From: Nitrospirota bacterium
GTDB taxonomy: Bacteria > Nitrospirota > Nitrospiria > Nitrospirales > Nitrospiraceae
Reading direction: 5' to 3'
DNA length: 64,000 bases
NCBI GenBank assembly: GCA_963701855.1
Contig: CAVPBK010000006.1
Location: 96,001 to 160,000 of the forward strand
Positions within the stretch are counted from its first letter, which is position 1, and every line of letters starts with the position of its first letter. Positions 19,570-27,659 of the stretch are shown piece after piece. A program made the translations under genes and the position numbers. Under the pieces are notes generated by a model that ran no database searches, was not told the DNA's origin, and was given only the letters and a program-made list of their open reading frames with translations.

Positions 19570-21580
19570 ATGAAACCCAACCTTCACAATGAAACCACTC
19601 AGTGGTCGGCCACGCCCGATGACCTCTCTCATTCCGATATTGAAGACCGTACAGGGGCCGAGACATTGCTTGCCGGAGAAAATCGCCTACTCGAGATGCT
19701 CGCCACCGGATGTACGCTCACGGAATTTCTTGACGCTTTGTGCCGACTCATCGAAGAGAGCGCGAGCGGAACTCTCTGTGGGATTGTGCTGGTAGATTCT
19801 ATCGGCAATCGGCTACAGCATGGTGCAGCGCCCAGCCTTCCTCTCAGCTACAACGAGTCGATCCATGGCAGACCGGTGAATCTCCTATCAGGTCCCTGCG
19901 CCATGGCGGTCTCTCTCAAAGAACAAGTGATTGCCGCCGATGTCGCGTCGGACACAAGATGGGATACATACAAATGGCGTACTCTGGCAATGGCACATGG
20001 GCTGCGGGCCTGTTGGTCCACGCCTATCTTGTCATCCAATGACACAGTATTGGGCGCCTTCGCAATCTACTCGCGCGAACCTGGTAGCCCTAGTGCGTAC
20101 CATCAACACCTCATCGGACAGATCACGCATCTGGCGACGGTAGCTATTGAGCATAAGCATAGGGAGGAGAAGCTCCGTCAAGACGAACGGGAGCTTCGGC
20201 GCATCACCGACGCCATCGATCAACGCATTGCTGTCCACGGGCCTGATGGAAAAATACTCTATGCGAACCGAGTGATGCTCGAATATAGCGGCCTGAGCAT
20301 GGAAGACGTCATGGCGGATGACTTTCGCGCACGGCTCGCTCATCCTGATGATTTGGAGCGATCACGGGTCGAGCGCCAGCAGGGGATCGAACGCGGAACC
20401 CCGTTTGAACTTGAGTTGCGCGCTCGCCGCAAGGACGGACAGCACCGCTGGTTTCTCGTCCGCTATAACCCGTTCCGGGACGATGAGGGACGGATCATTC
20501 GCTGGTATTCGACCGGAACCGACATCGACGACCGTAAACGAGACGAAGAGAGGACTCAAAAAGAAAACTTGGCATTGCGCGAAGAGATCGATCACTCTTC
20601 GATGTTCGAGGAAATCGTCGGTTCGTCGGAACGTCATCCGCAACATACTGAAGCAAGTCACCAAAGTGGCACCGTCGGATTCCACGGTACTCGTGCTGGG
20701 TGAGACCGGGACGGGGAAGGAGCTTATTGCCCGGGCCATTCACAAGCGCTCGAAACGGTCGTCCCGGGCGTTTATTACCGTCAATTGCGCGGCGATCCCC
20801 GCGTCGCTCATTGCCTCTGAGCTGTTCGGACACGAGAAAGGCGCGTTTACGGGTGCGATGCAACGGCGTCTCGGGCGATTTGAACTAGCCGATGGCGGGA
20901 CGATCTTCCTTGACGAAATCGGGGACCTACCGGCCGAGACTCAAATCGCTCTCCTGAGAGTCCTGCAAGAGGGAGAAATTGAACGGGTCGGCGGCAGCCA
21001 ATCGATTTCTGTGGACGTGCGCGTGCTGGCCGCCACGAACCGCGACCTGAAGGAGGCCATGGCGGCAGGCACATTTCGTCAGGATCTCTTTTACCGGCTG
21101 AATGTCTTCCCAATTCAGGTTCCCGCGTTACGCGAACGGATAGACGACATCCCGTTACTCGTCAGCTACCTGATTGAGCGCTATGCGAAGAGGGCCGGGA
21201 AACAGATTAGGAACATACAGAAAGAAACCCTGGAGTTATTTCAAGCATACGACTGGCCCGGCAACATTCGCGAGCTACAGAATGTCATCCAGCGAGCTAT
21301 CGTGCTGTGCGAGAACGAAACATTTTCCGTCGACGAGACCTGGCTGAAACGGGAGAAGCGCCGGCTGTCGGGGTCGGTGATTCCCTTAGGCGCCACGCTC
21401 GCCGAGCACGAAAAAGAAATTATTGAAGCTGCGTTGACGGATTGCGGGGGGCAGGTTAGCGGCCCAACCGGCGCCGCGGCCAAGCTCGGACTCCCAAGGC
21501 AGACACTTGAGTCGAAAATCACGGCCCTGGGAATTAACAAGCATCGGTTCAAGACCCGACAAGCCGACCATGCACGATAA
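19570..21580 (+). pseudogene. GAF-PAS-AAA+ sigma-54 activator (FhlA/NifA-like), frameshifted near 20630
   Basis: GAF (GPCAMA, ACWSTPI), PAS ([17 protein letters not shown]), FEEIVGSS in one frame; [23 protein letters not shown] and HTH continue in another frame after one extra base. Confidence 0.85.
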
Positions 21581-21736
21581 AAAGACCGTACGTTGTTTGC
21601 TCGCCAACTGTAAGAGCCGGTCTCTCGCGAATTGTTCCTTCTGGTTTAGACAGCTCCTCTGATTTCGTCCCCTCCCACCGCCTTCAACCCAATCGGTTCG
21701 GAGAATTAGAACGTCCCCTAATATTTCTGCCTCATT

Positions 21737-21770
21737 TGCCGATCATTCAGCAAATGCTGAAATTTCGGCA
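21737..21770. promoter_or_regulatory. Tandem palindromic activator-binding sites
   Basis: TGCCGA-TCAT-TCAGCA-AA-TGCTGA-AATT-TCGGCA. Confidence 0.7.
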
Positions 21771-21812
21771 GTTGCTTTCACGCCAAGTACAAGCATCTCA
21801 ATCGTTTACAAC

Positions 21813-21828
21813 TGGCCTCTTCATTGCA
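21813..21828 (+). promoter_or_regulatory. Putative sigma-54 (-24/-12) promoter for the STAS-like/ftsH arm
   Basis: TGGCCTCTTCATTGCA = GG-N10-GC with TTGCA, 36 bp before the next ORF. Confidence 0.7.
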
Positions 21829-21863
21829 CTAGTTTTATATCGTTCAGGTCGCAGAGGTCACAG

Positions 21864-22130
21864 ATGACAATAAAGTTTGAAAAAGAAACCCGCCGTCTCA
21901 AGACGATGATTTGTCTGAGCGGTCGGCTGCAAGCGAGACATCTGGAGGAATTGAAGAGGCAAATGGAAGGAACTCGGTCGCGAATTGCGCTGGACCTCAA
22001 CGGAGTGACGCTCGTGGATGTCGAGATAATTCGATTTCTGAACGCCTGTGAGAAATGCGGTGTCGAGCTCCTCAATTGCTGGCCGTACATACGGGAGTGG
22101 ATGATCTGTGAGAAAGGCAGGGAAGGATAA
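21864..22130 (+). CDS. Small STAS-like protein
   Basis: LSGRL...LDLNGVTLVD...IRFL pattern; GAGG RBS; directly after the sigma-54 promoter. Confidence 0.65.
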   Translation: MTIKFEKETRRLKTMICLSGRLQARHLEELKRQMEGTRSRIALDLNGVTLVDVEIIRFLNACEKCGVELLNCWPYIREWMICEKGREG

Positions 22131-22183
22131 GGCGATGCAGTTCAGACAACCACAATCAGCCCATATAAAAGGAGGGAATTCCA

Positions 22184-22300
22184 ATGCCAAATATTACTGT
22201 TCAAAATGGAGATCACACCATGAAGCACATCATTTTCTTCATTCTTGGTGCCGTGATTCTTATTGGTCTGGTACTGGCTACTGGTCTCCTCAGACCCTAA
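22184..22300 (+). CDS. Putative 38-aa single-TM micropeptide (or frameshifted secreted protein)
   Basis: AAGGAGG RBS; MPNITVQNGDHTMKHIIFFILGAVILIGLVLATGLLRP*; not in the ORF track. Confidence 0.4.
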   Translation: MPNITVQNGDHTMKHIIFFILGAVILIGLVLATGLLRP

Positions 22301-22466
22301 AACCGAATGCTACGGCTTTGGCGGATGCCCAGACCATGCGACAGATTCCTTTGTCTCAGCCCGTCAGCAAGAAGACCAAAGAGAACACGTCAAACAGAAG
22401 CGTGAGCGCAACAACCCCAATCCTTCGATCCACCTAGGATCGTGACAGAGAGAGGAACTAATTGCG

Positions 22467-24287
22467 ATGCCAGTGAATAAAAAAATATCCTTTTCGGTCC
22501 TGTGTGTCTTTCTCACGATTGGGGCAGTCATGTTCGTGCACAATTTCATCACGCCCATGCAGATGCTTGAAGAGCTTCCGTATAGCGAATTTAAGGCGCT
22601 CCTGGCGGACGGCAATGTGGCGGAGGTCACGGTCACTCGTCAGTCATTGCTCGGGAAACTGAAGCCGGAAGAAGGATCAAAAGAACCGAAGCTGTTTACG
22701 ACTGTCCGGGTTGAAGATCCTGATTTAGTCAAGGAACTCAACGTACGCAACGTCAAGTTCACCGGCATGATTGAGAATACGTTCTTGCGAGATATCATGT
22801 GGTGGGTCATTCCTGCGCTAATCTTTGGCGGTATCTGGTTTTTTGTGATTCGGCGCCTCGGTCAGGGGCTTGGACAGGGTCAAAAAGGGTTCATGACCGT
22901 GGGGAAGTCGAAGGCGAAGATCTATGCGGAGAAGGATACGAAAGTGACTTTCGCGGATGTAGCCGGCGTGGAGGAGGCGAAGGAAGAACTGGGCGAGGTG
23001 ATTGATTTTCTCAAGACGCCGGAAAAATTCACGCGTCTCGGAGGAAAGATTCCGAAAGGCATCCTGCTCGTCGGTCCGCCTGGAACCGGCAAGACGCTCC
23101 TGGCTCGCGCTGTGGCAGGAGAGGCAGGCGTGACGTTTTTCAGCATCAGCGGGTCCGAGTTTGTGGAAATGTTTGTGGGAGTGGGGGCCTCCCGCGTGCG
23201 AGATCTGTTCGAGCAGGCGAAGATCAAGGCACCCTGTATTATCTTCATCGACGAACTGGATGCGTTGGGAAAAGCCCGTGGGGCAGGACCCATGGCGCAT
23301 GAGGAGCGTGAACAAACCCTGAATCAGTTGCTGGTCGAGATGGACGGCTTTGATCCCCGCATCGCCGTCATTCTGATGGCGGCGACCAATCGGCCTGAAA
23401 TCTTGGATCCTGCACTGTTGCGGCCAGGCCGGTTCGACAGGCAAGTCTTGGTCGATCGCCCGGATAAGATCGACCGTCTGGCCATCTTGCGCGTTCATGC
23501 CAAGAAGGTAACCCTCGGTCTCGATGCGGACCTCGAGGTGATCGCTGGGATGACCCCAGGATTCTCAGGCGCCGACCTCGCCAATATCGTCAATGAAGCA
23601 ACGCTCTTGGCTGTGCGCCGGAATAAAGGGCAGGTGGGTCTCCCAGAATTGCAGGAAGCGGTGGAGCGGGTCGTCGCCGGGTTGGAGAAGAAAAACCGAG
23701 TCCTCAACAAGATGGAGAAGGAACGCGTCGCCTACCATGAAGTGGGCCACGCCTTGGTAGCGTTGTCGTTTCCTGGCTCAGACCCGATACAGAAGATCTC
23801 CATCATTCCTCGCGGGATTGCTGCCTTGGGTTATACCCTGCAGCTTCCGACGGAGGATCGCTTTCTGATGGCCAAGACGGAGTTGGAAAACAAAATTGCC
23901 GTCTTACTCGGAGGGCGGAATGCGGAAGAATTGATCTTCGGCGAGGCCTCCACGGGCGCACAGAACGACTTGGTCAGGGCCACGGACATTGCCAAGAGCA
24001 TGGTCAAATCCTACGGGATGAGCGAAAAGCTAGGCACCGTTACCCTGAATCGTGAACGCCAGCCTCTCATCATGCAGATTCAGGCGCCTCAGGAAAAAGG
24101 CGACTACTCTGAGGAGACCGCCCGCGAGATCGACTGTGAAGTGCGCCGTATCATCGACGAGCAATACGATCGCGTGAGATGGCTCTTAGCTGAAAAGAAA
24201 CGCGCACTCGTAGAAGGAGCAAGAGCCCTGCTCGATCGCGAGGTAATCAGTGGTAGTGAGCTTAAAGTCATCATGGACAATCACTGA
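22467..24287 (+). CDS. ftsH: ATP-dependent zinc metalloprotease FtsH (probable paralog)
   Basis: Two TMs, [17 protein letters not shown] motif (RPGRFDR), HEVGH zinc motif. Confidence 0.96.
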   Translation: MPVNKKISFSVLCVFLTIGAVMFVHNFITPMQMLEELPYSEFKALLADGNVAEVTVTRQSLLGKLKPEEGSKEPKLFTTVRVEDPDLVKELNVRNVKFTGMIENTFLRDIMWWVIPALIFGGIWFFVIRRLGQGLGQGQKGFMTVGKSKAKIYAEKDTKVTFADVAGVEEAKEELGEVIDFLKTPEKFTRLGGKIPKGILLVGPPGTGKTLLARAVAGEAGVTFFSISGSEFVEMFVGVGASRVRDLFEQAKIKAPCIIFIDELDALGKARGAGPMAHEEREQTLNQLLVEMDGFDPRIAVILMAATNRPEILDPALLRPGRFDRQVLVDRPDKIDRLAILRVHAKKVTLGLDADLEVIAGMTPGFSGADLANIVNEATLLAVRRNKGQVGLPELQEAVERVVAGLEKKNRVLNKMEKERVAYHEVGHALVALSFPGSDPIQKISIIPRGIAALGYTLQLPTEDRFLMAKTELENKIAVLLGGRNAEELIFGEASTGAQNDLVRATDIAKSMVKSYGMSEKLGTVTLNRERQPLIMQIQAPQEKGDYSEETAREIDCEVRRIIDEQYDRVRWLLAEKKRALVEGARALLDREVISGSELKVIMDNH

Positions 24288-24390
24288 AATGCAACCGCAC
24301 ATATGCAGATGCTCGAAATCCTAGCAGGAAGAACAGCGGGAACGCCGCGAAGTGTCAGACGCAAGACCCCATCAAGAAAGGAGACATGTA

Positions 24391-24633
24391 ATGAGGTGCG
24401 CACGCTGTGATGGATTGATGGTGCATGAGACGTTTGAAGACCTTATAGGACTCGGGTCAGGTGACCATGAGTATGCCGGATGGCGCTGCATCAACTGTGG
24501 GGCGATTGTCGATCCCGTGATTCCTGCACATCAATGTCTCACGTCGCAGACAGCAGCGACTAATCCGGCATTGCACGCTGTCTCCTTAGTCTCAAGGGCC
24601 AGACCCAGCAGAAGCAGACGATCAACATGGTGA
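24391..24633 (+). CDS. Small zinc-ribbon protein
   Basis: MRCARCDGLM...WRCINCGAIVD; AAGGAG RBS. Confidence 0.7.
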   Translation: MRCARCDGLMVHETFEDLIGLGSGDHEYAGWRCINCGAIVDPVIPAHQCLTSQTAATNPALHAVSLVSRARPSRSRRSTW

Positions 24634-24882
24634 TCCAATGATACCCGATAACCACGCAGAGATACGGAGACCGGTTTCTTCTACTCGTTTGGATGGCGCC
24701 GCAGCTCTGCACGGCGTCTCCCGCTGAGGTGGGCAGGCCTCTCCTTACACCCCGGAGGGGCCTGTCTCTTCAGTGAACAATCAGAAGCGGATGACAAGAA
24801 TGAAGGAGCGGGACTGTCGGAAGTGATGAGGAGGGCAGCATGGACCAGAATTTAGCAAGGTCCCAAAACAGGGAGGTTGGCC

Positions 24883-25464
24883 ATGATTAAGCAAATGACA
24901 CGAGCAGGTTCTATGGTGCTCCTTCTTGTTGCCACGCTGCACCTCGGCTTAGCCGCTGCGCATGGAGGAGCGGATTTGGAATTAGACCCTTGCGTGCGCT
25001 GGGTCGGTGAAAGCGCAGTGCATTTCAGTACCTACCAGCCGCAGTATGAACTGAAAGCTCAATACTGCACAGACATTCCCAAGACAGGCGAGACCTTCCT
25101 GGTCGTGGACCTCGTGGACCCGGCATTGCGTAACGTGCCGGTCGGCATGCGAATCGTGAAGGGGAACGGAAACAATGAGGCAGAAGTTCAGACGGTGGCA
25201 GACTGGCGTCCAAGCCATCACCCGGCCGGAGTAATCAGTGGAGAAACCAATCTGGATGAGGGTCTGTACAGAGTCATCATTACAGCGGAGGGGCGGAATC
25301 CTTTGCGCTATCAGTATCTCTTGCGTGTACAGATGATCGATTATCAGAAGTTGGTGAATTCCGTGGTGGTACCACTGCTCGGCGTACTGTTATGCGCCTG
25401 GCTGGGGTACAAGCTCCTACGATCGAAGTGGCTGCGGAATCGGTGGGCAGGCGTCCGTTCGTAG
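24883..25464 (+). CDS. amoD: AmoD/AmoE (PmoD)-family periplasmic copper protein with C-terminal TM anchor
   Basis: Signal peptide then AHGG; D.C...G...HFSTYQPQ, YCTDIP.TG.T.LVVDLVD..LR..PV signature; C-terminal TM; GGAGG RBS. amoD vs amoE not resolved. Confidence 0.8.
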   Translation: MIKQMTRAGSMVLLLVATLHLGLAAAHGGADLELDPCVRWVGESAVHFSTYQPQYELKAQYCTDIPKTGETFLVVDLVDPALRNVPVGMRIVKGNGNNEAEVQTVADWRPSHHPAGVISGETNLDEGLYRVIITAEGRNPLRYQYLLRVQMIDYQKLVNSVVVPLLGVLLCAWLGYKLLRSKWLRNRWAGVRS

Positions 25465-25524
25465 GAAGCCGGGCGCTCCAGCGCGCGAGCACATGGTTCA
25501 CCATTTCAGAGTAGGAGGCTGACA

Positions 25525-25764
25525 ATGGCTATGCAATTTCTGAAACTTTCTGGCCTGCGCTTCGTGACATCGCAAACCGACACACCTTTGAAAAAGAAAG
25601 GCAAGATTCCCTGGTATGTCTACTTTATCGGAGCCGCAATCTATACCGCTCTTGCCGGTTGGCTGTTCGCGGAATCGTCTCCTCTGGCATGGATTTGCCT
25701 CATCAGCGCGCCGGTGGGGTTTTTCTATGCCTGGGGAGCCTGGAAAAAAGAGAAACAAGGCTAG
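25525..25764 (+). CDS. Small two-TM membrane protein
   Basis: AGGAGG RBS; two hydrophobic segments flanked by Lys clusters. Confidence 0.6.
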   Translation: MAMQFLKLSGLRFVTSQTDTPLKKKGKIPWYVYFIGAAIYTALAGWLFAESSPLAWICLISAPVGFFYAWGAWKKEKQG

Positions 25765-25942
25765 AGGTACAGTCTAAACCCTGTGCGACAACGAGCCCGA
25801 CTATGGTGCGATGGACAGAATCCACTCCTTAATAAGCCCGGTTGCCGAGCTGAGGTCGCTAGAGAGCACTGGATCGAAAAAAGACGGCCAATGGCCAACT
25901 GCTCCAATCAAGCGGAGACGTCATGGATGAGGAGGAAATCTG

Positions 25943-26593
25943 ATGGAATCATTGATGGACACTCTTGTCGACCGTCGGGCAAACAACAATGCGGGTCTTA
26001 TACCGTTCCCCGCTCCAACCTATGCGCAAGCTCGCTGGTTCTTCGGCGGTTTGGTACGCGCCATGTATCGACTCGAGGTGGTCGGCGCCGAGCGCCTCCC
26101 CATCACCGGGCCTGTGGTGTTCGCACCGAATCACGACTCGTTGCTCGACGGAATCGTCCTCGGAGCAGCGATCTCAAGGGAACTCCGTTTCCTCGCGAAG
26201 GCAGAGCTCTGGCAGTCCCGACTGCTTGGGTGGATGCTCGACGGGCTCGGCGCGATCGGGATTACGCGTGGTTGCGGCGACCACCTCGCTCTCGCTCGGA
26301 TGCGGCAGGCGCTCAACGCAGGACAGGCTGTTGCAATCTTCCCGCAAGGCGCCGTTCGCGGCGACCGCGTGTGGCACCGGGGTGCCGCGCGCATGGCGCT
26401 CGTGACGGGCGCGCCTCTTGTGCCGGTCCGCCTTGTCGGCACAGCACGGGCTCTCTCACGGGACAGAATCGGCTTCCCGCGGTTGCGAGTCATCTTCGGA
26501 GAGCCTATCAAAGTCATGCGGGAGCAGGAAGAGCCGATTGCGGCGACAAAGCTGACCGAGCGGTTACGAATCGCGGTCGAATCGCTGACCTAG
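25943..26593 (+). CDS. Lysophospholipid acyltransferase (PlsC family)
   Basis: NHDSLLD (HX4D), FLAKAEL, IFPQG motifs. Confidence 0.88.
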   Translation: MESLMDTLVDRRANNNAGLIPFPAPTYAQARWFFGGLVRAMYRLEVVGAERLPITGPVVFAPNHDSLLDGIVLGAAISRELRFLAKAELWQSRLLGWMLDGLGAIGITRGCGDHLALARMRQALNAGQAVAIFPQGAVRGDRVWHRGAARMALVTGAPLVPVRLVGTARALSRDRIGFPRLRVIFGEPIKVMREQEEPIAATKLTERLRIAVESLT

Positions 26594-26702
26594 TCCACCT
26601 CTCATATTCTGAGCATACGTCTCCCGCAAGTACGAGAACGCCTCAGCCCAGATCCACACCCTCCCTCATCCATCAATCATAAGAGAGTGGTCAGATTGTC
26701 GT

Positions 26703-26761
26703 TCACTGCGCGCATCGAACGGGCACATTCTTATCGTGCGCGTTCTGCGAGCAGGAAGGAC
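26703..26761. repeat. Dispersed intergenic repeat, family C
   Basis: Near-identical to 10676-10733. Confidence 0.8.
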
Positions 26762-26975
26762 ATCTGGCCGCGCCCGCTCTTCTAACCATCACGAACAGAT
26801 CCTAACGACGACCTGCGATAGAAAAGACACTCCTCCCTTCTTTTACTCGAATGCTGCCCGTTCCTATCCGCTCTCGCTCATCCTCGCACGCCGCATCTGC
26901 GACCTCTCAAGACTCCACCTACATGACCGATAGCACACACATCCATTCACAGAATCAATCGAACACGAGGGCTCC

Positions 26976-27659
26976 ATGCTCTGCTGGTCACCATCGATAC
27001 AAACGAGCGCCTTCCTCACGGCATTCTTGCTGGCGATCTCACTCTATGAAGGGCAGGTATACGGCGCCCCGCGGGAGCAATTAATTCCCATCTTGGGCGT
27101 AACCACGGGCCAAAATCAGGTCGGCACGGTCTCCTATGTGAGGGTTTCGTTCGACGAACGGCAAGACCAGGCAGGACTGATGCTGCACTTCCACCCGACA
27201 CCGGGACGATTCTCGCACATGGCCCAGACTTCAATCGAACAGGCGATCAGACGGAGCGCGCGATCCCTGGGCATCTCCACCGACTCTTGGACGGTCAAAC
27301 TCTCCATTCCCTATGAAGGCATGACGATCTACGGGGACAGTGTGTCAGCGATGGTGAGCCTCAGCGTCGCGGCCATGGCACAAGGCAAGATGGTACCGAC
27401 CGGCCACGTACTGACGGGAACGATCACTCCCGAAGGTGAGATCGGCCCGGTCGGATCTGTCCCGTTAAAAATACAGGCGGCAAGGGCAGCGAAACTCCGC
27501 CGAGTCGTGGTATCCAAGCAGACACCTGCTACCGAGAGTACAGGGAGCCTTCCGGTCTCGATCCAGGTATCGACGGTGCAATCGGTCCCAGAAGCCTTGG
27601 ATGCCCTCACCGACTCATCGCCCGCGAATTCAGCTATCACCGAAGGCGAACCACGGTAA
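26976..27659 (+). CDS. Exported S16 (Lon C-terminal-like) protease-domain protein
   Basis: IYGDSVS catalytic-Ser motif, LTGTITPEGEIGPVG, K in PLKIQAA; no ATPase domain. Confidence 0.75.
   Translation: MLCWSPSIQTSAFLTAFLLAISLYEGQVYGAPREQLIPILGVTTGQNQVGTVSYVRVSFDERQDQAGLMLHFHPTPGRFSHMAQTSIEQAIRRSARSLGISTDSWTVKLSIPYEGMTIYGDSVSAMVSLSVAAMAQGKMVPTGHVLTGTITPEGEIGPVGSVPLKIQAARAAKLRRVVVSKQTPATESTGSLPVSIQVSTVQSVPEALDALTDSSPANSAITEGEPR

Noticed and set aside
19407..19592. Short ORF with a GNAT-like start (VRIRRLSVEDLP) upstream of the activator
   Set aside because: Too short, with no acetyl-CoA-binding motif; cannot be supported.
25783..26682. 299-aa Arg-rich ORF
   Set aside because: Alternative frame over the GC-rich acyltransferase gene.
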